DNA from: Desulfomicrobium sp.
GTDB taxonomy: Bacteria > Desulfobacterota > Desulfovibrionia > Desulfovibrionales > Desulfomicrobiaceae
Direction of reading: 5' to 3'
Assembly: GCA_040768745.1 (NCBI GenBank)
Contig: JAXGMI010000001.1
Coordinates: 1,216,001 to 1,280,000 of the forward strand
Length of the DNA: 64,000 nucleotides
Shown here: piece by piece, positions 50,460-59,783 of the stretch
Layout of the letters: the number at the start of each line of letters is the position of its first letter
Numbering within the stretch: the stretch's first letter is position 1
Position numbers and translations under genes: made by a program
Notes under the pieces: model-generated
Databases searched by the model: none
Told to the model about the DNA's origin: nothing
The model's input: only the letters and a program-made list of their open reading frames with translations

Positions 50460-50485
50460 TGACATATTATAATTAACATATGTCA
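50460..50485. promoter_or_regulatory. Palindromic candidate operator upstream of tupA
   Basis: TGACATAT-N10-ATATGTCA enclosing a TATAAT hexamer. Confidence 0.6.
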
Positions 50486-50508
50486 CACTTCACCTATTGG
50501 GAGGAATT

Positions 50509-51375
50509 ATGCGAAAAATTCTGGCATTGGTGCTTTTCCTGTTGGCATTTCCGGCTCTGGTCTGCGCCCAGGATCAGGTTCTCAAGATGTCCACCACCAC
50601 CAGCACGGAACAGTCTGGCCTGCTGGGGGTCCTGCTGCCCGAGTTCAAGAAGGACACGGGCATAGACGTCAAGGTCCTGGCCAAGGGTACGGGAGCGGCA
50701 ATCAAGGATGGGGAGGACGGCAATGTGGACGTGATCTTCGTGCACGACCCTGCGCGCGAGGAAAAGTTCGTGGCCTCCGGCTTTGGGACCAAGCGCTACT
50801 ACGTCATGTACAATGACTTTCTCATTATCGGCCCGGCCTCTGACCCGGCCAAGGCCAAAGGCAAGGATGGAGCCGCGGCAATGAAGAAGATCGCCGAGTC
50901 CGGCGCGGTGTTCGTGTCCCGCGGCGATGCCAGCGGCACCCATGCCAAGGAGCAGGAACTTTGGAAGGCCACCGGTCTGGCCCTGAAGGAAGAGGAGACG
51001 ATCTTGAAGGATATGACCGTCAAGGCGGTCCACCCCGATCAGATGAAGGGCTATATGTCCATTGGACAGGGCATGGGCAAGACCCTGGTTTTTGCCGAGG
51101 AAAAGCAGGGCTACACCATCACGGACCGTGGCACGTATATCCAATACAAGTATGGCCGTCCGGAGAGCCTGCAGCTTGAGCCCATCTCTGAAGGCGATGT
51201 CAAGCTGTTCAATCCCTACGGGGTCATCCCGGTCAATCCTGCCAAACACCCCCACGTCCGGTTCGACCTGGCTGACAAGTTCGCCCAGTGGCTGGTGTCC
51301 GAACGCGGACAGAAGGTCATCGGTGACTACAAACTTCTTGACAAGCAGCTTTTCTTTCCTGACGCGAAGAAGTGA
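50509..51375 (+). CDS. tupA: Tungstate ABC transporter substrate-binding protein
   Basis: TTTS signature (STTTSTEQSGLL), GTGAA, VH, MYNDF, FVSRGD.SGTH, DRGTY, LFNPY. Confidence 0.92.
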   Translation: MRKILALVLFLLAFPALVCAQDQVLKMSTTTSTEQSGLLGVLLPEFKKDTGIDVKVLAKGTGAAIKDGEDGNVDVIFVHDPAREEKFVASGFGTKRYYVMYNDFLIIGPASDPAKAKGKDGAAAMKKIAESGAVFVSRGDASGTHAKEQELWKATGLALKEEETILKDMTVKAVHPDQMKGYMSIGQGMGKTLVFAEEKQGYTITDRGTYIQYKYGRPESLQLEPISEGDVKLFNPYGVIPVNPAKHPHVRFDLADKFAQWLVSERGQKVIGDYKLLDKQLFFPDAKK

Positions 51376-51410
51376 TCGGCACGACTGACATGCCGTTGCA
51401 CAGCAAATGA

Positions 51411-51441
51411 TAATCGGCCCGCCACCAGAGCGGGCCGATTA
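51411..51441 (+). other. Intercistronic hairpin between tupA and tupB
   Basis: TAATCGGCCCGC-N7-GCGGGCCGATTA. Confidence 0.55.
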
Positions 51442-51485
51442 TTCCCTGGGGGTTCGACCCGCTTTCTTCCCTGAGGTTTTTTGTC

Positions 51486-52178
51486 ATGTATTTTTTTGAC
51501 AGCTTGTATTCCGCATTGATGCTGCTTGGTCAATTCGACGCCGAACTGCTGTTCATCGTCGGCGTGTCCCTAAACATCAGCTTCTGGTCCACGGTCGCGG
51601 CCTGTCTGGTCGGGATACCAATGGGATTCGTCATCGGCATCAGCAGTTTCCGCGGCAAACAAGCTGCGATCACTTTTTTCAATACCATGCTGGCCCTGCC
51701 CACCGTGGTCATCGGCCTGGTCGTCTATACCCTGCTGTCCCGGCGTGGGGTGTTCGGCTCCCTTGGCTGGCTCTATACCCAGAAAGCCATGATCATCGGC
51801 CAGATCATACTCATCACCCCCATCATCGTGGCCTTCACCATTGCGGCCGTAGGCCGCATCGACGACCGCTACCGGCGCACAGCCCTGGCCCTGGGCGCAT
51901 CATCCTGGCAGGTGGCCATGGTCATCCTGCGCGAGGCCCGCTTCAGCATCATGGCCGCAGTGGTGGCCGCCTTCGGGCGGGTCATTTCCGAGATCGGCAT
52001 CTCCATGATGCTCGGCGGCAACGCCAAGGGATTCACCCGGACCATGACCACGGCCATGGCCCTGGAATACGACAAGGGCGAGTTCGTGCTTTCCCTGGCC
52101 CTGGGCATCGTCCTGCTGGCCATCAGCCTGACCGTGAACACTGCCCTGGGTTATGTGCAGGGGAAGACGTTGCGATGA
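51486..52178 (+). CDS. tupB: Tungstate ABC transporter permease
   Basis: LPTVVIGL...LSRRG..G, AFGRVISEIG.SMMLGGN...TRTMTTA...E...G. Confidence 0.92.
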   Translation: MYFFDSLYSALMLLGQFDAELLFIVGVSLNISFWSTVAACLVGIPMGFVIGISSFRGKQAAITFFNTMLALPTVVIGLVVYTLLSRRGVFGSLGWLYTQKAMIIGQIILITPIIVAFTIAAVGRIDDRYRRTALALGASSWQVAMVILREARFSIMAAVVAAFGRVISEIGISMMLGGNAKGFTRTMTTAMALEYDKGEFVLSLALGIVLLAISLTVNTALGYVQGKTLR

Positions 52179-53179
52179 ATATCTATACCCTCTCGCAAGT
52201 GTCGGTAACCCATGGCGGCAGGCGGATCCTTGATGTCGATGCTCTTTCCCTGGAGCGGGGTCTGACCTATTCCCTGCAGGGCCCCAACGGGGCTGGAAAA
52301 TCCACTCTGCTCGGGATCCTGTCTTTTTTGAGCCCGCCCCACGATGGCGAGGTCCGTTTCGAGGATACGCCCGTGGTGTGGACCGAAACATACCTCAGGC
52401 CTTTGCGGCGGCAGGTGGGTCTGGTGGATCAGCATCCGGTCATGTTCAGCCGCAGCGTACGGGAAAATGTGGGGTTCGGCCTGAAAATGCGTGGCTACTC
52501 CGGGAAGGAACTGGACGATCGGGTGCTGCGGGCCCTGGACAGGGTCGGTCTGGCCCACATGGCCGATACCTTCGCGCCCCGCCTTTCCGGCGGAGAAACC
52601 CAGCGCGTGGCCATTGCCCGCGCCCTGGCATGCGAGACCAAGATTCTGCTTCTGGACGAGCCAACGGCCAGTGTGGATGCTCAGCATCGATCGGTCATTG
52701 AACAGATCGTTGCCGACCTGCGTGATGCCAGGGAGACGACCATCATCCTCTGCACACACAACCGCTATCAGGCCTGGGCCCTGTGCCCCAATGTCATTTA
52801 TCTTGAGGACGGGCGTTTGGCCACCAGACCCCTGACCAATTCATATGCCTGCGATTTTGTGGAACAGGATGGCCACACCTGGTGCCGGATTACGGATCGG
52901 TTCGGGGTCGCGGCTCCCTTTGCCGCCACAGGGCGTGGCCGGGTGGTCATCGAGCCCGAACGCGTGAAGGTTGCACCGGTCGCCCAGCCAGGTCTGAACA
53001 ATGGTGTTGTCACCCAGGTTCAGCTCGAGGCGGGGATCGTCTCCATGACCGTGGATCTGGGTTTGCCGTTATGCGTGCGCCTGGGGATGAAGGACTTTCA
53101 GAGTCTGAGCGCATGTGTGGGGGAACTGGTCCGGGTCGAAATATCTCCCGAGTCTGTTGATTTCTGCCGGAAATGTTGA
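52175..53179 (+). CDS. tupC: Tungstate ABC transporter ATPase with C-terminal TOBE-like extension
   Basis: GPNGAGKST, LSGGETQRVAIARA, LLLDEPTAS. Confidence 0.85.
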   Translation: MNIYTLSQVSVTHGGRRILDVDALSLERGLTYSLQGPNGAGKSTLLGILSFLSPPHDGEVRFEDTPVVWTETYLRPLRRQVGLVDQHPVMFSRSVRENVGFGLKMRGYSGKELDDRVLRALDRVGLAHMADTFAPRLSGGETQRVAIARALACETKILLLDEPTASVDAQHRSVIEQIVADLRDARETTIILCTHNRYQAWALCPNVIYLEDGRLATRPLTNSYACDFVEQDGHTWCRITDRFGVAAPFAATGRGRVVIEPERVKVAPVAQPGLNNGVVTQVQLEAGIVSMTVDLGLPLCVRLGMKDFQSLSACVGELVRVEISPESVDFCRKC

Positions 53180-53254
53180 AGGCCCCTTGCCTCCAGTCAG
53201 AACACACACGGGCCTGCTGCCCGTGTCCCGTAGCGCACGCCGGTGGGGACGCAC

Positions 53255-53989
53255 TCAATTTCCGAGGTACATATAATTGTCGATGTCACATCTGAACCTG
53301 TATTTGTCCCCGCGATAGAGAGAATACGCATATTCAACGGCCCTGCCGGCATCGTTGAAAACAACGCTTTCGACCCACAGGCATGCATTCGTGCTGGAAA
53401 TTTTCAGAATCTTCCGGTCAGATTCCTCTGGCAGAATGGCCCCAATTTCCTGACTCGAATGCATCAGTTTCATTCCATACTCTTCCCGGATCACGTTGTA
53501 TAAAATACCGTTGAGATTCTTGTCCAATATGTCAGGAAACAATTCTTCAGGAAGATAGCAATGCTCCAGAACCAGAGGGACATTGTTGGCCAGCATCAGT
53601 CTTTTCAGAAATATGATCTGCTCTCCGGCCTGCAATCCCAATTTCTCTGCGGTCTCTTCACAGGGATCCTGGATCATTGCCTGGATCGTTTTGTATTTCG
53701 GCTCAAGCCCTGCCCTCACAATATCATCGTAGTACGTTGAGATGCCTGCCAGTGATCTGGTCAGCACAGGCGTTTTTTCCGAAAGGAGAAATGTCCCTTT
53801 CCCGCGTGTGCGGATCAGCATGTGGTTGTTGACCAGCTTATCAATGGCCTGCCGAACAGTCATCCTGTGGACATTGAACTTTGCAGCGATCTCTGTTTCA
53901 TTTGGTATTTTGTCTCCAGGAACAAAGACTTTGTTGCTTATCTGCTCTGAAAGCCAGTTGTATATCTTTACGTATTTCGCTTCTGACAT
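53255..53989 (-). CDS. GntR family regulator, HutC subfamily (wHTH + UTRA)
   Basis: PGDKIPNE.EIA.KFNVHRMTVRQAI...RGKGTF; C-terminal UTRA domain ending VEY..S.YRGDKYRF. Confidence 0.9.
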   Translation of the reverse strand: MSEAKYVKIYNWLSEQISNKVFVPGDKIPNETEIAAKFNVHRMTVRQAIDKLVNNHMLIRTRGKGTFLLSEKTPVLTRSLAGISTYYDDIVRAGLEPKYKTIQAMIQDPCEETAEKLGLQAGEQIIFLKRLMLANNVPLVLEHCYLPEELFPDILDKNLNGILYNVIREEYGMKLMHSSQEIGAILPEESDRKILKISSTNACLWVESVVFNDAGRAVEYAYSLYRGDKYRFRCDIDNYMYLGN

Positions 53990-54196
53990 GAACGGATCCT
54001 TTTCGAGTTTCCAGTGAGTGATTTTGAATTCCGTGATTTTTGTAAAAAATACTCAAGAGAATGAATCAAGATCACATTGATTCATCGGGTGTTCGGACAA
54101 ATCTATGCGGTCGGTCAGCCTGGCGTATCATCCGGTTGTCGTCCAGATCGGGGCGTGGACCGGTGCATGACTAAGTTCTCTCTATACTTTTTGATT

Positions 54197-54212
54197 AAAA
54201 GTCTAGACTTTT
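54197..54212. promoter_or_regulatory. HutC/PhnF-type operator upstream of the GntR gene
   Basis: Perfect palindrome AAAAGTCTAGACTTTT. The same core recurs at 56385, 56618 and 56675. Confidence 0.7.
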
Positions 54213-54278
54213 CGATGATTTTTATTGCACCTGCAGGATCGGTATGCCGCAGCGGCAGGGGCCAGCGGACTGCGAAAT

Positions 54279-54317
54279 AAGAACACCCCGGCGGGAATTT
54301 CCCGCCGGGGTGTTCTT
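54279..54317 (-). terminator. Terminator hairpin after xsc
   Basis: AAGAACACCCCGGCGGGAA-T-TTCCCGCCGGGGTGTTCTT. Confidence 0.75.
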
Positions 54318-54340
54318 GTACCGTATAACAGGCTGCGGAG

Positions 54341-56119
54341 TTAGCAGTTCATTTCGGGACGCATGTCCTCTTTCTTGATGCCGGCAACCACTTCAGGCTT
54401 CTTCATGGCGTCGCGGCGGAAAGGATCGCCCAGTTCCTGATTGAGGATGACCTCAATGAAGGTGGTCTGCTTGTTTTCCATCTGGTCCTTGATGGCCTTG
54501 GTCAGGGCAGCGTTCAACTCCTCGCGAGTTCTGACCTGAACACCCTTCATGCCGCAGGCTTCAGCGATTTTAGCATAGCTGGTATCGCGGTCCTGTTCAG
54601 TGCCGACAAAGTTGTCGTTGAACCAGAGCGTGGAATTACGCTTTTCAGCACCCCACTGGTAGTTTCTGAAGATGACCTGGGTGATGGGCGGCCACCATTC
54701 GCGACCGCAAGTGGTCATCTCGTTCATGGAGATGCCATAGGCACCATCACCGGCAAAGCCGACCACCGGGACGTCCGGGCAGGCGATCTTGGCGCCGATG
54801 ATGGCCGGGAAGCCGTAGCCGCAGGGGCCGAACAAGCCAGGGGCCAAGTACTTACGCCCTTCCTCGAAGGTCGGGTAGGCGTTGCCGATGGCGCAATTGT
54901 TGCCAATGTCGGAGGAGGTGATGGTATTCTTGGGCAGCACCTTCATGATTTCCCGCCAGGCCATTCTTACGGACATCAGGTTCGGGTCCTTGGCGCGGGC
55001 GCGCTGGTTCCAGGTAGTGCCCGGGTCGTCGTTTTCATGATCCATGGTGGCCAATTCAGCAGCCCACTGGGCCTTGGTCTTTTTGATCAGTTCTTCGCGT
55101 TCCTTGCGGCCCGCATCGCCGGCATTGGGGGTCAAGGCAGCGAGAATGCGTTTGGCCACGGGGGCGGCGCCACCCTGGATACCGACGGTGACGGGCTTGG
55201 TCAGGCCGATGCGGTCGGCGTTGATGTCGACCTGGATCAGCTTCACGTTCTTCGGCCAGTAGTCCATGTTGTAGCTGGGCAGGGTCGAGAAGGGGTTGAG
55301 CCGGGTGCCCAGGGCCAGGACCACATCGGCCTTGCTGATCAGTTCCATGGCGGCCTTGGACCCGTTGTAACCCAGGGGGCCCGCAAACAGGGGATGGGAG
55401 CCGGGGAAGGCGTCGTTGTGCTGGTAGTTGCAGCAGACCGGAGCGCTGAGGCGTTCGGCCAGGGCCTTGGATGCATCGATGGCATTGCCGACGATGACAC
55501 CATAGCCGTTGAGGATGACCGGGAACTTGGCGTTGGAAAGCAGTTTTGCGGCTTCGGCAATGGCTTCGTCACCGCCGGAGGGATGTTCGAAACGGACGAT
55601 CTGCGGCAATTCGATATCGACGACCTGGGTGAACATGTCGCGGGGAATGTTGATCTGTGCCGGGGCGGAAAAACGACGGGCTTTTTCGATGACGCGGTTG
55701 AGCACCTCGGCGACGCGGGAGGGATCACGCACTTCTTCCTGGTAGCAGACCATGTCCTGGAACAGGGCCATCTGGGGAATCTCCTGGAATCCACCCTGTC
55801 CGATGGTTTTGTTGGCGCACTGGGGGGTGATCAGCAGCAGGGGGGTGTGGTTCCAGTAAGCGGTTTTGACCGGGGTGACCAGGTTGGTGATGCCAGGGCC
55901 GTTCTGGGCCACGATCATGGACATCTTGCCCGAGGAGCGAGTGTATCCGTCGGCCATCATGCCGGCGTTACATTCGTGGGCGACGTCCCAGAAGGTGATG
56001 CCTGCGCTGGGGAAAAGGTTGGAAATCGGCATGAAGGCGGAGCCGATAATGCCGAAACCGTGCTCGATTCCCTGCATTTGCAGAACTTTGACGAATGCTT
56101 CTTCTGTGGTCATTCTCAT
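54341..56119 (-). CDS. xsc: Sulfoacetaldehyde acetyltransferase (ThDP-dependent)
   Basis: MTTEEAFVKVLQ..GIEH.FGIIGSAFM, AQNGPGITN, GPLGYNGSKAAM, SDIGNNC, GDGA...N ThDP motif, QWGAEKRN, ELGDPFRRDAM are characteristic of Xsc. Confidence 0.93.
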   Translation of the reverse strand: MRMTTEEAFVKVLQMQGIEHGFGIIGSAFMPISNLFPSAGITFWDVAHECNAGMMADGYTRSSGKMSMIVAQNGPGITNLVTPVKTAYWNHTPLLLITPQCANKTIGQGGFQEIPQMALFQDMVCYQEEVRDPSRVAEVLNRVIEKARRFSAPAQINIPRDMFTQVVDIELPQIVRFEHPSGGDEAIAEAAKLLSNAKFPVILNGYGVIVGNAIDASKALAERLSAPVCCNYQHNDAFPGSHPLFAGPLGYNGSKAAMELISKADVVLALGTRLNPFSTLPSYNMDYWPKNVKLIQVDINADRIGLTKPVTVGIQGGAAPVAKRILAALTPNAGDAGRKEREELIKKTKAQWAAELATMDHENDDPGTTWNQRARAKDPNLMSVRMAWREIMKVLPKNTITSSDIGNNCAIGNAYPTFEEGRKYLAPGLFGPCGYGFPAIIGAKIACPDVPVVGFAGDGAYGISMNEMTTCGREWWPPITQVIFRNYQWGAEKRNSTLWFNDNFVGTEQDRDTSYAKIAEACGMKGVQVRTREELNAALTKAIKDQMENKQTTFIEVILNQELGDPFRRDAMKKPEVVAGIKKEDMRPEMNC

Positions 56120-56384
56120 AAAAATACTCCTTGTAATGGCCTCGTTAAGGGTTTGTACCTACGTTGCTCTTCAAGTCTCGAAAGGTTCTCCATCTTGCGT
56201 CCCGATGTGCCGGGCTGGATCATTCCGAAACTTTTAATTCCTGACGGTGTGTCCCGCTGACAAGGCGGTCGTGACAGATTTTCAAAACATCTCTCGTTAC
56301 GATGTGGAAAATCAGTCCATGGATGTGGCGACCCAGGCTTTCCCATCGCGTTATGGATCGGAAATAGCTCGGTCCAGAAAAAAT

Positions 56385-56682
56385 GTCTAGACTAAATTTT
56401 GATTGTCATCGAAAAAAAATCCATATTCCGCGCGAAAGTTGGATGCCCGCATTCCTGTTTCACATAAATTTCAATAAAAATGAATAGAATAGTTCTAGTC
56501 ATAATTTTTGGCTCAAAAATGGGCTCGAAAAAACAAATGGAAAGTAGAAATGTAACATGCTGGAAAACATGGATAAAAAATAACTGCAATCCGGGTGTGA
56601 TTTTTTTCTCAAAAAATGTCTAGATTTTTTTAAAAATCAGCTTGACAGGAAAAGAGCGTGCTCGATAGTACTAGGTCTAGAC
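56385..56682. promoter_or_regulatory. Divergent xsc/tpa control region with three GTCTAGA(C/T) operators and a sigma70 -35
   Basis: GTCTAGAC 56385-56392, GTCTAGAT 56618-56625, GTCTAGAC 56675-56682. TTGACA at 56642-56647 lies between the last two. The region is AT-rich. Confidence 0.7.
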
Positions 56683-56816
56683 AAATGTGGCAACCCGAGG
56701 TTTCTGGTGCAGGCAGGGAAAGCCGAGCCGCCTCTGTCTCAAAACAAATTTCTGCGAGACAGGCAAACGTGGCGAGTGGCAGCGTGTTTCTCACTTTTAA
56801 ATCAAGGAGTAGGGCT

Positions 56817-58196
56817 ATGGGCCAGGGCAAGAATCTTGACGCCTCTAAGTATATCGAAGCCGATAAGGCGCATGTGTGGCATCATCTTTTGCAGCATCAG
56901 GCGATTGCTGCCAAGGGACCGATGATTGTCGTCGAGGGGACGGGCCTCCGGATTAAGGATGTCAATGGCAAGGAGTACCTGGATGCCACCTCTGGCGGGG
57001 TGTGGTGTGTGAATGTGGGCTACGGCCGCGACAGCATCGCCAACGCCGTGTGCGAGCAGTTGAAGAAAATGCCCTACTACGCGGGCACCGCGGGCAACAT
57101 TCCGCATATCGAATATTCCGAGAAGCTGATTGGCTACATGCCCGGGCTGTCCAGGGTCTATCTGTCCAACAGCGGTTCCGAGGCCAACGAGAAGGCCTTC
57201 AAAATGATCCGCTCCCTGGCGCACATCAAAGGGAACCCCGAGAAGAAGAAGATTATTTTCCGCAACCGCGACTATCACGGGACGACCATCGCCGCCCTCA
57301 GCGCCACGGGCCAGCCCGAGCGCAAGGAGTGGTTCGGGCCTTTCGTGCCTGGTTTCGTCGAATTCCCGCATGCATGCTGCTACCGTTGCGCCTTCAACAA
57401 GACCTATCCCGGGTGCAACATCGAATGTGCCAGGGCCCTGGAGACGGTCATTAAAGAGGAAGGTCCGGACACAGTGGGCGGCGTGATCGTGGAGCCCATC
57501 ACCGCCGGTGGCGGCGTCATCCCGCCGGTGCCCGAGTATTATCCCATTCTGCAGGAAATCTGCCGCAAGTACGATGTGCTGCTGATCATGGACGAGGTGG
57601 TCTGCGGAGTTGGCCGTACCGGCAAAATGTTCGGCTACCAGAACTACGACGTCAAGCCCGATATCGTGACCATGGCCAAGGGTGTGGCCAGTGCGTACAT
57701 GCCCATTTCCGTGACGGTGACCACCGAAGAAGTCTTCCGCTCTTTCCTGCATGATCCCGCCGACCCGATGAGCTACTTCAGGGATATCAGCACATTCGGC
57801 GGCTGCGCCGGCGCCTGTACCGCTGCCATCGAGAACCTGAACATCATCGAGCGGGAGAATCTCCTCGAAAACGTGACGAACATGGGACAGTACATGATCG
57901 AAGGCCTGCGCGACCTTCTCGAGCTGCCCAATGTCGGTGACGTACGTGGCCGGGGTCTTTTCTGCGGAGTGGAAATGGTTGTGGACAAAAAGACCAAGCA
58001 GCCAGCCCCCGAAGGGAAGGTGGCCCAGATCGCCGGGGAAATGGCCGCCAATGGCGTCCTGGTCGGGCGGACAAACCGCAGTCTCCCTGGTCTGAACAAC
58101 ACCATCAACCTTGCCCCCGCCTATGTCGCCACCAAGGCAGACATCGACATCATCGTCTCGACGCTGCGCAAGGCAATCACCAAGATTTTTGCATAA
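56817..58196 (+). CDS. tpa: Taurine:pyruvate aminotransferase (class III PLP)
   Basis: DKAHVWHHLLQH, LDATSGGVWCVNVGYGR, SRVYLSNSGSEANEKAFK, RDYHGTT, DEVVCG.GRTG, TMAKGVAS, YFRDISTFGGC closely follow Tpa as recalled. Context: xsc and ald. RBS AAGGAG. Confidence 0.88.
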   Translation: MGQGKNLDASKYIEADKAHVWHHLLQHQAIAAKGPMIVVEGTGLRIKDVNGKEYLDATSGGVWCVNVGYGRDSIANAVCEQLKKMPYYAGTAGNIPHIEYSEKLIGYMPGLSRVYLSNSGSEANEKAFKMIRSLAHIKGNPEKKKIIFRNRDYHGTTIAALSATGQPERKEWFGPFVPGFVEFPHACCYRCAFNKTYPGCNIECARALETVIKEEGPDTVGGVIVEPITAGGGVIPPVPEYYPILQEICRKYDVLLIMDEVVCGVGRTGKMFGYQNYDVKPDIVTMAKGVASAYMPISVTVTTEEVFRSFLHDPADPMSYFRDISTFGGCAGACTAAIENLNIIERENLLENVTNMGQYMIEGLRDLLELPNVGDVRGRGLFCGVEMVVDKKTKQPAPEGKVAQIAGEMAANGVLVGRTNRSLPGLNNTINLAPAYVATKADIDIIVSTLRKAITKIFA

Positions 58197-58260
58197 CATC
58201 GGGCGCTAAAGCGCTGATGTATGTAATTGATACTGTAACTACTCAGTGAGGAAACAAAAA

Positions 58261-59376
58261 ATGATCGTTGGAGTTCTGAAAGAGATCAAGGCACAAGAAA
58301 ACCGCGTCTGCATGACCCCGAGCGGCGTGGAAGTGTTGAAACAGAACGGGCACACCGTTCTGGTGGAAACTGCAGCCGGTGTGGGCAGCAACTTTTCCGA
58401 TGACCAATACAAGGCGGCCGGCGCGACCATCGTCTCCACCCCGGCCGAAGTGTATGCCAAGTCCGACATGGTCATGCACGTCAAGGAGCCGCTGCCTTCC
58501 GAGTACGGCATGGTCCGTCCCGGTCAGATCGTGTTCACCTATTTTCATTTCGCGGCAGACGAAAAGTTGACCCGTGAGTTCATGAAGACCGGCTCCGTCT
58601 CCATCGCCTACGAGACCGTGACCGGCCCGAACGGCATGGGCCTGCCCCTGCTGACTCCCATGAGCGAAGTCGCCGGTCGCATGGCGGCCCAGGAAGCGGC
58701 CAAATACAACGAGCGCGTGCATGGCGGCCGCGGCATCCTGCTCGGCGGTGTGACCGGTGTTGCCCCGGCCACCGTCCTGGTCCTGGGTGGCGGCATCGTC
58801 GGCACCAATGCGGCCTTGATGGCTGCAGGCCTGGGCGCCCGCGTCTTCATCCTGGACATGAACCTGGACCGCCTGCGCTACCTGTCCGAGGTCATGCCCA
58901 AGAACGTCACCCCGCTGATGAGCTCACCGTCCGTGGTACGCGAGCTGTCCAAACAGGCCGACGCCATCATCGGCGCGGTTCTGGTGGTTGGCGCCAAGGC
59001 CCCCAAGCTGGTCACCCGCGCCATGCTGAAGGACATGAAACCCGGTTGCGTGATGGTCGACGTGGCCATTGACCAGGGTGGCTGCTTCGAGACTTCCAAG
59101 CCCACGACCCATTCCGATCCGGTTTACGAGGTTGACGGCATCATCCACTACTGCGTGGCCAACATGCCCGGCGGCGTGCCCAGCACCTCGACCATGGCCC
59201 TGACCAACGCCACCCTGCCCTATGCCGTGCAGATCGCGAACAAGGGCTGGAAGCAGGCCTGCCTGGACAGCCCGGGTCTGAAGAACGGCCTGAACATGGT
59301 CGGCGACAAGATCACCTTCAAGGGTGTGTCCGATGCCTTTGGCCTGCCGTACACCCCTGCTGACAGCGTACTGTAG
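58261..59376 (+). CDS. ald: Alanine dehydrogenase
   Basis: GVLKEIKAQENRV, VKEP, FTYFH, LLTPMSEVAGR, DVAIDQGGC.ETS.PTTH, HYCVANMPG. Confidence 0.96.
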   Translation: MIVGVLKEIKAQENRVCMTPSGVEVLKQNGHTVLVETAAGVGSNFSDDQYKAAGATIVSTPAEVYAKSDMVMHVKEPLPSEYGMVRPGQIVFTYFHFAADEKLTREFMKTGSVSIAYETVTGPNGMGLPLLTPMSEVAGRMAAQEAAKYNERVHGGRGILLGGVTGVAPATVLVLGGGIVGTNAALMAAGLGARVFILDMNLDRLRYLSEVMPKNVTPLMSSPSVVRELSKQADAIIGAVLVVGAKAPKLVTRAMLKDMKPGCVMVDVAIDQGGCFETSKPTTHSDPVYEVDGIIHYCVANMPGGVPSTSTMALTNATLPYAVQIANKGWKQACLDSPGLKNGLNMVGDKITFKGVSDAFGLPYTPADSVL

Positions 59377-59459
59377 GATTTCTTACAACAAAGAGCTGGG
59401 AGGGACATCATGAAGTTGCATACGCGCCAAGGATGTCACTCCCCCAGCAGCCAGAATAT

Positions 59460-59502
59460 GGCCCGCTTTCTTTTCGTTACGTAAAGGAGGCGGGCCTTTT
59501 TT
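59460..59502 (+). terminator. Rho-independent terminator after ald
   Basis: GGCCCGCTT...AGGCGGGCC followed by a T-run. Confidence 0.7.
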
Positions 59503-59783
59503 TGGATTTTTGTACTGGTGTATCACTGACAAGATCAATTGTGACACGCAATACTGCTGTTTGAGTAGAGAGGAAAGAAATTCCTCGTTTTGAAAGAATA
59601 CTACTTTTTATGTATTGTTTTTATATTGTTGCGTATTTATTTTTTATGAATACTATTTTCTCCTGTAGTGAATCAATTTTATTTTTATAATTACGATTTA
59701 TATGAACATATTTGCGTATGAGCGCGTCTCCTCCTCAACTCGACGCATGAACAGATATATTCTAACCCAAGACCGGAGGAAAA

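Noticed and set aside
54341..56119. Acetolactate synthase or phosphonopyruvate decarboxylase
   Set aside because: Xsc-specific motifs and the tpa/ald context fit sulfoacetaldehyde acetyltransferase better.
56817..58196. PhnW (AEP:pyruvate aminotransferase) call because of the neighbouring phnX
   Set aside because: The sequence is class III and Tpa-like, whereas PhnW is class V. AEP activity remains only a hypothesis.
59410..59484. 24-codon ORF after ald with a GGAGG-like RBS
   Set aside because: It overlaps two hairpins including the terminator, and there is no supporting coding signal.
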